Part shown: one piece after another, positions 19,897 through 30,428 of the stretch
How the letters are laid out: each line of letters starts with the position of its first letter
Position numbering within the stretch: position 1 is the first letter of the stretch
NCBI GenBank assembly: GCA_048886685.1
Contig: JBHLKM010000003.1
Span: forward strand, 160,001-224,000
From: Candidatus Hodarchaeota archaeon
GTDB taxonomy: Archaea; Asgardarchaeota; Lokiarchaeia; Sigyniarchaeales; SOKP01
Direction of reading: 5' to 3'
Length of the DNA stretch: 64,000 bases
Program-made: the position numbers and the translations under genes
Notes under the pieces: generated by a model
Database searches by the model: none
What the model was told of the DNA's origin: nothing
The model's input: the letters and a program-made list of their open reading frames with translations, nothing else

Positions 19897-21369
19897 CTAA
19901 TTATTTTCTTTATTATGTCGTGCTATTTTTTTTCCAAATTCGTACAGTTTTAGGAATGATTTAGCTGCAGCTTCAAGAGAGGGGTAAACAAGAAAATTAT
20001 CCTTAAGGAGCATATCAACAAAAATCTTACGAGATTCACTAGGATATTGATGTAAGATAATAATCATGGTTTTATTCTGGCTTTCTACATAATCTCTTAT
20101 TTCTTTTAAATTACTGTAATACCCTTGAAAGCTTCTACCCTCTATATCTTTCCATGCATCTGTTTCTAATATTATTAAACTAATGTTTTCATCAACTGCA
20201 GCCTTGGTCACATCTACTAATTCTTTTTGGTATGTTACAAATGGTAAATCTAAAGGATTTGATAAACTCCCTACTCGAATCGGATAGATCTTAGTAAGTT
20301 TTTCGAGTGTTTCACCTTTAAACTGGGGGACTTCAAGCCCCATTTCTATTAATGTATCCGTTGCTAAAATTCCAAAACCACCAGACCATAATATAATTAA
20401 AGCCCTTTTATTCCTAGGATATACAATTTCTCTTTCTAGTTTCTTGAATCGGTTAAAGTATGAGGAAAATAAATATGCATCATCAATTAATTGATCCAGA
20501 GAGGAAGGAACTTCAATAATCGGAGTTTGTTTAAATATGGCATTCCAAATATTCTGTTTAGTTGCCATGGAGCCCGTATGTGATAAAACTGCTGTTTGAC
20601 CTCTTTCAGTTTTTCCTCCTCTCATAAATAAAACTGGTTTTGTCATACCTCTTAAAACTTTAAATAAATTTTTTCCTTCACTTGTATGTATTGGAGAAAT
20701 TCCTTCAAAATATACACAGATTACATCTGTATCGTTATCTTCATTCAAATATTGTAGAACCTCAGAAATTTGAATATCAACACAATTACCAATACTTACT
20801 CCAATTGAAAATCGAAGATGATATCTCCTAGATCCAAATTTAATCATTTTTGAATGTAAATCTCCTGATTGAAAAATCAGACCAATATTTCCATGTTCTT
20901 CCGGGAATGAAGAATAATACGCTGTTTTTCCTCTTGGACTATAAATTCCCATGCAATTGGGGCCGATACTTCTTGTTCTCTTGTAATCATCTAATATTTC
21001 TTTTATTTTATATTCAATTTCAGTCCCTTTTTCATCAAATTCACCAGTCCCAGCAGTAAATATATGAATAAAATTTACTTTTTTTTTTGAAAGAACCTCT
21101 TGTAAAGTTTCAACGAGAAGGTCTCTTCTAATAGATAAAATTAAAAGATCAATTTTATTTGCGGGAATATCGTCAATGGATTTATAACACTTAAGCCCTA
21201 AAAAACTTTCCTCTTTAGGAGACACTAAATATAAATTGTCTAGATTAAATCCCTGCCTTTGAAATCCTTTTACAAAAAAATCGACCGCATTACTTATTCT
21301 ATATATGGCAACATTTTTTGGATTAAACAACAATTCTAATGAAATCCTATTATCATTTGACTCCGACAT
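19897..21369 (-). CDS. ADP-forming acyl-CoA synthetase alpha-like (CoA-binding) protein
   Basis: LLFNPKNVAI, IGPNCMG, SIGNCVD, phospho-His motif SHTGSMA, NPLDL. Confidence 0.82.
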   Translation of the reverse strand: MSESNDNRISLELLFNPKNVAIYRISNAVDFFVKGFQRQGFNLDNLYLVSPKEESFLGLKCYKSIDDIPANKIDLLILSIRRDLLVETLQEVLSKKKVNFIHIFTAGTGEFDEKGTEIEYKIKEILDDYKRTRSIGPNCMGIYSPRGKTAYYSSFPEEHGNIGLIFQSGDLHSKMIKFGSRRYHLRFSIGVSIGNCVDIQISEVLQYLNEDNDTDVICVYFEGISPIHTSEGKNLFKVLRGMTKPVLFMRGGKTERGQTAVLSHTGSMATKQNIWNAIFKQTPIIEVPSSLDQLIDDAYLFSSYFNRFKKLEREIVYPRNKRALIILWSGGFGILATDTLIEMGLEVPQFKGETLEKLTKIYPIRVGSLSNPLDLPFVTYQKELVDVTKAAVDENISLIILETDAWKDIEGRSFQGYYSNLKEIRDYVESQNKTMIIILHQYPSESRKIFVDMLLKDNFLVYPSLEAAAKSFLKLYEFGKKIARHNKENN

Positions 21370-21958
21370 TTTCCTCATTTTTTAGTATTAATTTTGTATC
21401 GCAATTATAACAGTAAATAGGAGTTGAATTAAATTCTGTTCCACAGTTAGGACACTTTGATTTTATCTGATTCATTATAATTTGTAAATCCTCCATTTGT
21501 TCTTCGATTTCAACTTTTGTAATCCTCTTCAAAAGCAAAGAAAACGCTATAGAAACCAAGATAATTAAAAATATTAGGAGGATTGAATGTAAAAGATGAC
21601 TAGAAAAATTGGTTTTAAAATAATCTTTTGAATAGCGGGATAAAAAGACATAACCAAAAAAATTTGGAAAAAAGAATGTCATGACATTCATAGAATACGC
21701 TTTTTTAAAATCGTTATATAAGAAAATAGGAATGACTGATACTAAGATCCAAGTTAAGTAAATAAAAATCAGACCAGATAAATCATCAAATAAAATATAA
21801 TTCGTAATGAATTGGGTAATTCTTTTCTGAGCAATTGAAGCATCTGTATTAAAACTTACATTAAATTTATATCCAAAATAAAATATAAATAAACTCAGAA
21901 TGAGAATCTGAATAATAAAGAGAATAATTTTACTCCTAAAAAAATCGATTATCTTCAT
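21353..21958 (-). CDS. Membrane protein with C-terminal zinc ribbon
   Basis: Four hydrophobic segments followed by CPNC...CYNC. Confidence 0.7.
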   Translation of the reverse strand: MKIIDFFRSKIILFIIQILILSLFIFYFGYKFNVSFNTDASIAQKRITQFITNYILFDDLSGLIFIYLTWILVSVIPIFLYNDFKKAYSMNVMTFFFPNFFGYVFLSRYSKDYFKTNFSSHLLHSILLIFLIILVSIAFSLLLKRITKVEIEEQMEDLQIIMNQIKSKCPNCGTEFNSTPIYCYNCDTKLILKNEENVGVK

Positions 21959-22196
21959 TATTAATTATGTAAATTATAACCTAAAATTAAACTCTTTTAA
22001 ACTTCAATTGAATTTCTCGCTGAAAATGATAAAATTTTTATTATTTGTTATCTTTATTTAGTTACAGTGGAAGGCTCACTATCTTATTTTTTAAAATTAG
22101 CAAATCATCATCAATGTAGAGGATGTTTTCTCCTATGATGTATTCTTCTTCTTCAAAAAATATATGGATGGATGTTAATATGGAGGTAAATAGCAA

Positions 22197-25130
22197 ATGA
22201 GTTATACTTTTTCTAGAACTAAAATGATTGAAAAAATCAAATTTGGACTGCTTAGTCCAGATGAGATAAGAAAAATGTCTGCTGCTCGTATTATAACCGC
22301 AGATACGTATGACGAGGATGGGTTACCTATTCCTAGTGGTTTAATGGACCAACGACTTGGTACAATTGAGCCAGGACAGCGTTGCCAAACTTGCGGCAAT
22401 CTCGTATCGAATTGCATGGGTCACTTTGGACATATAGAATTAGCACGCCCCGTTATACATGTAGGATATGCAAAAAAGGTTTTAAAAGTGCTCCGCAGTA
22501 TTTGTCCAGATTGCTCTCGATTAATGCTCACTGAAGAGGAAAAGGATAAATTCAGACAAGAGCAAATAAAACATAGAAAAATTTTCTTCGAGGGTGATGA
22601 AGATGCTGCAAAAATCGTGTTTAAACGAGCCAGAAAAGCTAAAAATTGTCCTTATTGTGGCACAAAGAAGAAAAAAATTATTATTGAAAAACCTACCACT
22701 TTTTATGAAGAAGAAGAAGGAAAGGGTTCCCGTAGAATAACTCCTATAGAGATTTTAGAACGTCTTAAGAAGATGAGTGATGTTGATCTTAGAATTTTAG
22801 GTATTTCTCCTGAAAATGCTCGACTTGAGTGGGTTATTTTTACTGTGCTTCCTATCCCGCCAGTATGTGCAAGACCATCGATTACTTTAGATAGTGGTAT
22901 CCGTTCTGAAGATGATCTAACGCATAAACTAGTAGACGTTATAAGAATTAATCAAAGATTAAGAGAAAATATTGATGCTGGAGCACCTCATTTAATTGTA
23001 GAAGATCTTTGGGAATTATTACAATATCATATTACTACCTATTTTGATAATCAGGTTTCTGGGATCCCACCTGCAAGACATCGTTCAGGAAGAGCTCTAA
23101 GAACCCTAACTCAAAGATTAAAAGGTAAAGAAGGTAGATTTAGAAGTAATTTAAGTGGTAAGAGAGTGGATTTTTCAGCAAGGAGTGTAATATCGCCAAA
23201 TCCATATATTAGTATGAATGAAGTAGGTGTACCCATAGAAATAGCGAAAATTTTAACTATTCCCACTAATGTTAACGATTGGAATATTGAAGAAATGAAA
23301 CAGATGGTTTTAAATGGGCCTCTTCATCATCCTGGAGCTAATTATATTATAAGGAATGATCGTAGAAGAATTGATTTGCGTTATGTTAAAAATAGAAAAA
23401 TTATTGCAGATATGCTAGCACCAGGATTCACTGTTGAGCGTCATTTGAATGATGGGGATTTGGTACTGTTTAATCGTCAACCCTCGCTTCATAGAATGTC
23501 GATAATGGCACATGAAGTAAAAATCATGGATGGACGAACTTTTAGATTAAATTTGACTGTATGTCCTCCTTATAACGCTGATTTTGATGGAGACGAAATG
23601 AACTTGCATGTACCTCAAAGTGAAGAAGCACGAACAGAAGCAGAATTACTTCTTAAAGTACAAGAGCACATATTATCACCCCGTTTTGGAGGTCCAATTT
23701 TAGGCGGAATACAAGATTTTATTTCAAGCGTTTTTCAATTCACGAGAAAAGACTCTTTATTCAATAAAAAAGAGGCATTAAATTTACTTTATAAAGGAGG
23801 GGTATTTAATGATAACCCTAATTTTAGTTTAGAGCAATTAACTCCAGTGGTAAAGGATCCAGAACCTTTATATTCTGGTAAAGATATATTCAGTAGCTTA
23901 TTTCCTGATGATTTAAACATCAAAGTAAAATCAAAATTTTGCAATAGATGCGATGTATGTGAAGAAGAAAACTGCCCCTATGATGCTTACGTTGTAATTA
24001 AAAATGGAAAATTAATAACTGGAACATTAGATGAAAAATCTTTTGGAGCGATGCAACCAAATAGCATTTTGCAGCGAATTATTAAGGATCATGGAAATGC
24101 GCGAGGTCGACAGTTCTTAGATAGCGCTACTAAAATGTTGCTGGGTGTTATTCGAAAAAATGGTATGACTATGGGATTGGATGAAGTTTATGTTCATGGT
24201 CATGCATCTGATGAAATTCAAAAAATATTAAAAAAAGCTAATGAAGAATCTCATAAACTAATAAAAGCCTTTAATGAAAATGATACTACAATTCTAAAAA
24301 GGGCTCCTGGTCGTTCTATGAGAGAAACCCTAGAGTTAAGAATCCGGCAGGTGTTAGCAGATGCACAAAAAAAAGCAGAGGAATCAGCATCTGAATTCAT
24401 TGGAGATGAAGCACACTCAGTTATTATGACTAAAACTGGAGCGAGAGGAAATACGCTTAATTTAGGAATGATGTCTGCTGTTGTAGGACAAATGGCTATA
24501 AGAGGTGAAAGGATTAACAGAGGTTATATTGGATATAGGAGAACATTACCTCATTTTAAAGTAGACGATCTCTCACCAAAATCTAGAGGTTTTGTAGCTT
24601 CATCTTTTCGAAATGGATTAAAACCTGTAGAATTCTTTTTTCATGCTATGGGAGGGAGAGAAGGACTTGTTGATACCGCGGTAAGAACATCTCAGAGTGG
24701 ATATATGCAAAGAAGATTAGTAAATGCATTACAAGATATGGTTGTAGAAAATGATGGAACTGTTAGAAATTCTGATAAAAATATAATTCAATTTAAATTT
24801 GGTGACGATGGTATAGATGCAATGCATACAGACCACGGTTTAGCAGTCAATTTAGATGTCCTATTATTAAAAGCAAAGGCTCTTAATGTAGAAGAGATTC
24901 GTGAAGAAATTAAACAAAATTCTCTAATTCAAAAAACTACTCCTAAAACAAAAAAAGCTACTCCTCAAAAAGAGAAACCCAAAAAAGAACCAAAACCTAA
25001 AAAAGAAAAAATAGTTCTTGATGAAGAAACATTGATAAAACAATTTGAGGACGAAACTGGAAAGAACGCTATTTGGAGAGGGAAAGAAACAAAAGCTTAT
25101 TTAGAGTGGAAGCAAGAAAAACTTGGATAA
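22197..25130 (+). CDS. rpo1N: DNA-directed RNA polymerase subunit Rpo1N (A')
   Basis: Catalytic NADFDGD, CQTC..CMGHFGHIEL, GREGLVDTAVRTSQSGYMQRRL; GGAGG SD. Confidence 0.98.
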   Translation: MSYTFSRTKMIEKIKFGLLSPDEIRKMSAARIITADTYDEDGLPIPSGLMDQRLGTIEPGQRCQTCGNLVSNCMGHFGHIELARPVIHVGYAKKVLKVLRSICPDCSRLMLTEEEKDKFRQEQIKHRKIFFEGDEDAAKIVFKRARKAKNCPYCGTKKKKIIIEKPTTFYEEEEGKGSRRITPIEILERLKKMSDVDLRILGISPENARLEWVIFTVLPIPPVCARPSITLDSGIRSEDDLTHKLVDVIRINQRLRENIDAGAPHLIVEDLWELLQYHITTYFDNQVSGIPPARHRSGRALRTLTQRLKGKEGRFRSNLSGKRVDFSARSVISPNPYISMNEVGVPIEIAKILTIPTNVNDWNIEEMKQMVLNGPLHHPGANYIIRNDRRRIDLRYVKNRKIIADMLAPGFTVERHLNDGDLVLFNRQPSLHRMSIMAHEVKIMDGRTFRLNLTVCPPYNADFDGDEMNLHVPQSEEARTEAELLLKVQEHILSPRFGGPILGGIQDFISSVFQFTRKDSLFNKKEALNLLYKGGVFNDNPNFSLEQLTPVVKDPEPLYSGKDIFSSLFPDDLNIKVKSKFCNRCDVCEEENCPYDAYVVIKNGKLITGTLDEKSFGAMQPNSILQRIIKDHGNARGRQFLDSATKMLLGVIRKNGMTMGLDEVYVHGHASDEIQKILKKANEESHKLIKAFNENDTTILKRAPGRSMRETLELRIRQVLADAQKKAEESASEFIGDEAHSVIMTKTGARGNTLNLGMMSAVVGQMAIRGERINRGYIGYRRTLPHFKVDDLSPKSRGFVASSFRNGLKPVEFFFHAMGGREGLVDTAVRTSQSGYMQRRLVNALQDMVVENDGTVRNSDKNIIQFKFGDDGIDAMHTDHGLAVNLDVLLLKAKALNVEEIREEIKQNSLIQKTTPKTKKATPQKEKPKKEPKPKKEKIVLDEETLIKQFEDETGKNAIWRGKETKAYLEWKQEKLG

Positions 25131-25187
25131 GAAAAAAAAAACAAAACATTTGGTAAGATATAATAAAATTTGTAAGGTTTATAGAAG

Positions 25188-26384
25188 ATGGCAAAAATAA
25201 CTCAACAACATCTAGAAGAACAATTAGAAATGTTAAAAAAGGATGGAATTCCTGAAGATTTAATCTTAAAAATTAGAGAAAAAATTAAAAATGAAGATCT
25301 TGAGGAAGAACAACTAGAATATCTTTTAAACAAAATATTTATAAATTTTAATAATGCCCTTGTAGAAACATCAGAACCAGTTGGAACTGTAGCTGCACAA
25401 TCAATAGGAGAACCTGGTACCCAGATGACACTAAAAACCTTTCATTATGCAGGACTTGAAGAGTTTAGTGTTACACAAGGGCTTCCACGCCTAATTGAAA
25501 TAGTTGATGCTCGACGATTTCCTTCAACTCCAGCAATGGAAGTGTATCTAATTGATAAGTATAAAGAAACGGAAGAAAAAGCAATAGAAGTTCACAATCG
25601 TATAGAACAGATACGTATAGAACAAATAACTTCTGATGTAGACTTAGATTTTGTAAATTGGAAAATAGTTGTAAATTTAATTCCTGAAATTTGTGAAAAA
25701 AAGGGAATTGACATAAATGAAATACCTGAAATTTTAAAACGCTATAAAAAAAAAGGAACAATTAAACGTGAGGGAAATTCAATTATAATAGATCCAGGAA
25801 TAGAAGATCTTCAAAGTCTGCAAAAATTAAGAGAAAAGATACTAAAAAAAGTAGTTAAAGGTATTAGAGGAGTAAAGAGGGGATTATTAACACCTTCTGA
25901 TGATGGAGAAGAATGGATAATTAAAACAGAGGGTACTAATTTACAAGGTGTAATTCAAATTGAAGGAGTTGATGATACTAGGTCCGTTTCAAACCATATC
26001 CATGAAATAGAAAAATTATATGGTATCGAAGCCGCACGTCAGATGATAATTATCGAGTCTCAAAAAGTTCTGGAACAACAAGGATTAGATGTGGATTTAA
26101 GGCATCTCCTTATTCTGGCAGATTTGATGTGTTATTCGGGATCAATTCAATCAATTGGGAGACATGGGATTTCTGGATCAAAATCAAGTGTTTTTGCTCG
26201 CGCTGCATTTGAGGTTACCGTAAACCAATTACTTGATGCAGGGCTTTACGGAGAGGAGGAGCGATTGCTTGGAATTCCAGAAAATGTAATTGTGGGACAA
26301 ATATCACCAATCGGAAGTGGTCGTGTAAACGTGATGTTTGATCTCGATGCTAATCTGGAAATACTGAAACAAAAGAAAAAATAA
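25188..26384 (+). CDS. rpo1C: DNA-directed RNA polymerase subunit Rpo1C (A'')
   Basis: [39 protein letters not shown]. Confidence 0.97.
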   Translation: MAKITQQHLEEQLEMLKKDGIPEDLILKIREKIKNEDLEEEQLEYLLNKIFINFNNALVETSEPVGTVAAQSIGEPGTQMTLKTFHYAGLEEFSVTQGLPRLIEIVDARRFPSTPAMEVYLIDKYKETEEKAIEVHNRIEQIRIEQITSDVDLDFVNWKIVVNLIPEICEKKGIDINEIPEILKRYKKKGTIKREGNSIIIDPGIEDLQSLQKLREKILKKVVKGIRGVKRGLLTPSDDGEEWIIKTEGTNLQGVIQIEGVDDTRSVSNHIHEIEKLYGIEAARQMIIIESQKVLEQQGLDVDLRHLLILADLMCYSGSIQSIGRHGISGSKSSVFARAAFEVTVNQLLDAGLYGEEERLLGIPENVIVGQISPIGSGRVNVMFDLDANLEILKQKKK

Positions 26385-26475
26385 AACTCGTTTTCAAAGA
26401 ATAAAATACACCAAAAAAAACTTAAACATTAAATTATTATTATTACTAATTATATAGACACGTTTTGAAAATATC

Positions 26476-26847
26476 ATGGCAAAGAAGAAAATTAAAGGCA
26501 TTACGGAAAAAGTTGATTTATCGCGTAAGAAAAAGAAGGAATTTGATGTTGATACAAATATTAGAGTAGCATATAAAACTGGTAAAGTTGTCTATGGGAA
26601 AAATAATGTATTAAAACATCTTAGAGAAAGTCTATTCAAATTATTAATTATCGCAAATAATTGTCCCGCAGATTTGGAAAGTCAATTAAACTATTATAAT
26701 TCTCTCATGAAGGATAAAATATATATTCATAAGTATAAAGGGTCTTCTTGGGATCTCGGTTTAGCTTGTGCAAAGCCTTACATGATCTCTGTTATTGGAG
26801 TTGTTCATGAGGGTGATTCAGATCTCTTAACTTTAAAGACAAGATGA
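26476..26847 (+). CDS. rpl30e: 50S ribosomal protein L30e
   Basis: KTGKVVYG, IIANNCP, DLGLACAKPY; synteny. Confidence 0.93.
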   Translation: MAKKKIKGITEKVDLSRKKKKEFDVDTNIRVAYKTGKVVYGKNNVLKHLRESLFKLLIIANNCPADLESQLNYYNSLMKDKIYIHKYKGSSWDLGLACAKPYMISVIGVVHEGDSDLLTLKTR

Positions 26848-26875
26848 AAATAATTATATAATATGGATTTTATTC

Positions 26876-27352
26876 ATGCTAAAGAAGAATATTAAGATTG
26901 ATAGAGAAGCAATGGAACTTATCTCGTTGTTTAATAATATTTCTGGAGCGATTATAAAAGATTGCCTGACATTTAAAAATCCGGAAAATAATTCCGAAGT
27001 TATCATCTTTCTTGTAAAGGAAGAAGATGTTGGAAAGGCTATTGGGAAAGCAGGTGAGCATGTTAAAGATCTAAAATCAAAACTTAACAAAAAAATTGAT
27101 GTAATTGCGTTTTCAGAAAATCTGAGTAAATTTATTCAAAATATTTTGCAGACTACAAAAAATTCAATTGTGGTTCAAAATATTGAAATAAAAGAAAGCA
27201 GAAATTTAAAGAAAACAGTTATTATAACTGTAAGACCACAGGATCGCGGAAAAGCAATTGGAAAAGATGGATCAATGATAAGAAAAATTAAAGAACTTGT
27301 TTTAAGGTATTTTGAAGTTGATAATGTAATTATCAATACAAAAAATATCTGA
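26876..27352 (+). CDS. nusA: Archaeal NusA-like KH-domain protein
   Basis: Two GKAIGKxG KH motifs; follows rpl30e. Confidence 0.92.
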   Translation: MLKKNIKIDREAMELISLFNNISGAIIKDCLTFKNPENNSEVIIFLVKEEDVGKAIGKAGEHVKDLKSKLNKKIDVIAFSENLSKFIQNILQTTKNSIVVQNIEIKESRNLKKTVIITVRPQDRGKAIGKDGSMIRKIKELVLRYFEVDNVIINTKNI

Positions 27353-27358
27353 TTCTTA

Positions 27359-28654
27359 TTGATAACTCTTAATTCAAACACAAAATTATATTTTCAAGTG
27401 ATTAAGTTTCCATCCTTAAAATTGTATAATGAACAAGCTGCTATAAATCATGTTAAATCGTTAAATTTTAGGCGTTATGCGGCAACTGAGGGTGAAACTA
27501 AAACAATAAATTATCTCCGAAAAGAATTGGAGAATGAGAAGGTTAAAATTAAAGTAGAATCTTTTGAATGGACTAAAATATTAATTAAATTAAATAAAAT
27601 GTTTTTTTTATGGACATTTTTTATTCTTTTGGGTAGTGAGATACTTTTATTATATCCCCTATTCACGTGGATAATCCTTCCTCTCAATGGTCTCTTTTTT
27701 GTTGTATTAATATTTGGAGGAAAGTATATTTTTGATCATTCTAGAATAATTTACAGTGGTAAGAGAAGAGAGTCAAAAAATGTAATAGCAACTATTCAAG
27801 CTAAAGATCTATATCCAAAAAGACCTGTTATAATCTTTTCAGCACATCATGATTCAGTTTCATCAAATTTTCCATACAAACTGGGGAAAATATTACTCAT
27901 TTCGGTAGTATTATTTTTGCTCTCAATTCTTCTTATAAACTTAATTCTTTCAATCTGGTCAATTTTGGCTATCTTTACAGCAATTCAAATTGATAAAATT
28001 TATCTATGGATAAGAAATATCTCATTAATTATTGGTATTATTCTACTGTCAGAAATCTTCATAACATTTTTTTCGAAAAAGACTAATAATTCTCTCGGTT
28101 CACTAGATAATGCGTCTGGTGTTGCAGTCCTATTAGAATTAGCGAAAATTGTTAATAAAAATCCCCTTGAAAGAACCGATGTAATTTTTTTATGGTGTGG
28201 AGCAGAGGAAATGGGACTATGGGGTTCAAAACAATACTGTTCTAAACACATTGAAGAATTAGATAATGATTACGACTTAAATAAATCATATAACATTAAT
28301 ATAGACGGGGTGGGTACTTACATAGGTCTAATTGATGAGACTGGATTAATTAAGAAAAAAAAAATGAATGAAAATCTGAATGATGTTATTAAAGCATCAG
28401 ATATGCACCAAAAAATCCCTCCTAGGAAGGCAAATGAAGGATTTGGATCAGGAAGTGATCATCTGGTTTTTAAGGCTTTTACAAAAAGAGCAGAAAAGAC
28501 TGGTTTTCAAGTAACTTGCTTTACATCAAAGAAGGATATAAAATATGTACATTCTAAAAAGGATACACCTGAACTATGTTCTGCTGAAAATCTAAATGGA
28601 TGCATCGATATTTGTTTCAATGCAATAAATAGCCTTGATTTGAGAGTTGAATAA
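27359..28654 (+). CDS. Membrane-embedded M28 family metallopeptidase
   Basis: SAHHDS, DNASGVA, AEEMGLWGS, SDH, VHSKKD with inserted TM helices; start uncertain. Confidence 0.85.
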   Translation: MITLNSNTKLYFQVIKFPSLKLYNEQAAINHVKSLNFRRYAATEGETKTINYLRKELENEKVKIKVESFEWTKILIKLNKMFFLWTFFILLGSEILLLYPLFTWIILPLNGLFFVVLIFGGKYIFDHSRIIYSGKRRESKNVIATIQAKDLYPKRPVIIFSAHHDSVSSNFPYKLGKILLISVVLFLLSILLINLILSIWSILAIFTAIQIDKIYLWIRNISLIIGIILLSEIFITFFSKKTNNSLGSLDNASGVAVLLELAKIVNKNPLERTDVIFLWCGAEEMGLWGSKQYCSKHIEELDNDYDLNKSYNINIDGVGTYIGLIDETGLIKKKKMNENLNDVIKASDMHQKIPPRKANEGFGSGSDHLVFKAFTKRAEKTGFQVTCFTSKKDIKYVHSKKDTPELCSAENLNGCIDICFNAINSLDLRVE

Positions 28655-28779
28655 ATTCTCTTTCCTTTATTTTAATTAATACAAACCAAAATTAGCATGA
28701 AATTAATTCATTTACATAAATTTTAAGTTCTATGATATATTTTTTCTCAATATATAAATTTTTAAATTTGGTGAATATT

Positions 28780-29208
28780 TTGCCAAAAGGACTATATGCT
28801 GCAAGAAAACTTCAAACGAATAGGAAAAAGTTTAAATGGTCAAAAACTAAATATAAACGTAGGAAACTAAAGCTAAAACAGAAAGTTGACCCTTTAGAAG
28901 GAAGTTGTCAAGCACTTGGGATAGTACTTCAGAAGGTTGGCCGAGAAAGTAAACAACCTAATTCAGCTATTAGAAAATGTGTAAGAGTTCAACTGAAAAA
29001 AAATGGAAAAGGTGTTACTGCATTTCTCCCTGGAGATGGGGCGCTTAACTTCATCGAGGAACATGATAGAGTCATTGTTGAGGGAATTGGTGGGGCAAAA
29101 GGGAGAAGTATAGGCGATCTTCCGGGAGTACGTTATAAAGTAGTTAAAGTTAATGGTGTAAGCCTAGAGGCTCTTTTGTCTGGAAAGAAAGAAAAGCCTT
29201 TACGTTAA
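28780..29208 (+). CDS. rps12: 30S ribosomal protein S12 (uS12)
   Basis: [36 protein letters not shown]; TTG start after GGTGA. Confidence 0.97.
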   Translation: MPKGLYAARKLQTNRKKFKWSKTKYKRRKLKLKQKVDPLEGSCQALGIVLQKVGRESKQPNSAIRKCVRVQLKKNGKGVTAFLPGDGALNFIEEHDRVIVEGIGGAKGRSIGDLPGVRYKVVKVNGVSLEALLSGKKEKPLR

Positions 29209-29221
29209 AGGGAAAAAAAAT

Positions 29222-29839
29222 ATGAGCAAAACGAAAAAAGAAATTAAATTATTTAATAAATGGTCTTTTGAAGACATCAGTATTGCAGATCGGACACTTG
29301 AAAATTACATCAACTTAAAACCGATCATTATTCCCCATTCTGCTGGGAGACATGAGCATAGAAGATTTTGGAAATCTTCTAAAGTGTCAATACTAGAACG
29401 ATTTACAAATAGATTACTTTCTCCTGGATTTATTGGAAGTAGAATTAAGGGACATAAAAGTTCTTCTAATTCTGGCAAAAAAGGAAAATTATTGAGAAGT
29501 ATAAAGAATGCATTTGTCTTAATCGAGCTAACTACAGAGGAAAATCCGATTCAAGTTTTAATAGATGCGATAGTAAATACCTCTCCAAGAGAAGAAACGA
29601 CGAAAATCGCAATGGGAGGCATCAGTTACGCTTCAGCAGTGGATATCGCACCCCAGCGCAGAGTTGATTTGGCTATAAAATATCTATCTCAAGCTATAGG
29701 TGCAAGATCTCATTCTAATGAGAAACAATTTGAAGAAAACTTAGCAGAAGAGTTAATATTAGCAGCAAGAAATAGTCAAGAATCTAGGGCTGTCAGGCGT
29801 AAAGATGAAATAGAAAGGATCGCAGTTTCAGCTAGATAA
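29222..29839 (+). CDS. rps7: 30S ribosomal protein S7 (uS7)
   Basis: KLFNKWS, NPIQVLIDAIVNTSPREE, AVDIAPQRRVD, ERIAVSAR. Confidence 0.97.
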   Translation: MSKTKKEIKLFNKWSFEDISIADRTLENYINLKPIIIPHSAGRHEHRRFWKSSKVSILERFTNRLLSPGFIGSRIKGHKSSSNSGKKGKLLRSIKNAFVLIELTTEENPIQVLIDAIVNTSPREETTKIAMGGISYASAVDIAPQRRVDLAIKYLSQAIGARSHSNEKQFEENLAEELILAARNSQESRAVRRKDEIERIAVSAR

Positions 29840-30074
29840 AGACCTTCATAATAAAAACTAAGCATATCAATTAATTTAAGAAGATTCTTGAGACATTAGA
29901 GTTCCAATTACCCCATATAAATAATCAATAAAAAAAACATACATTTTTTGATAAATTAAAGTCAAAAAAATCTTTATTTAAAAAATATACCAATCTCTTT
30001 TTATATCAATAATAAATTATACTAACTTAGGGATATTTTAAATGATTAATGCGAAGAGGTGATGGAACATTAAG

Positions 30075-30224
30075 GTGTTAAAGAAAAGACAATGGCTTAT
30101 AAAAGACGAAAAAATGAAAGGTATAAGCCCTAAAAAGTACTATGAAGAAATGTTTAAAGAACTTGTAAAAGAAATTAATGAAAATGAAAAAAGCGTCAAG
30201 AAATTCATTACTATAAAAAATTAA
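30075..30224 (+). CDS. Possible 49-aa Lys/Glu-rich small protein
   Basis: GTG...TAA open frame VLKKRQWLIKDEKMKGISPKKYYEEMFKELVKEINENEKSVKKFITIKN; below the ORF-track cutoff. Confidence 0.3.
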   Translation: MLKKRQWLIKDEKMKGISPKKYYEEMFKELVKEINENEKSVKKFITIKN

Positions 30225-30428
30225 GTTAAATTTAAATAAACTCATTTACTTAAACTATGATCTAATTATTAGGAAGCACCACAAAATACATAGAATTTTG
30301 TTTCAGAATTAGCTGGTGCTTCAGAATATTTACATAATTTTGATTTGGCAGAATCTGCATATTCAAATCTGTGAACCATATTATAATGGCTCTTTGCTGA
30401 TAATATCAAGTAGAAAAAAAAATATGAG

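Noticed and set aside
30042-30224. Second possible UGA readthrough (MINAKR*WNIKV...)
   Set aside because: No redox motif, no recognisable family and no SECIS-like structure downstream
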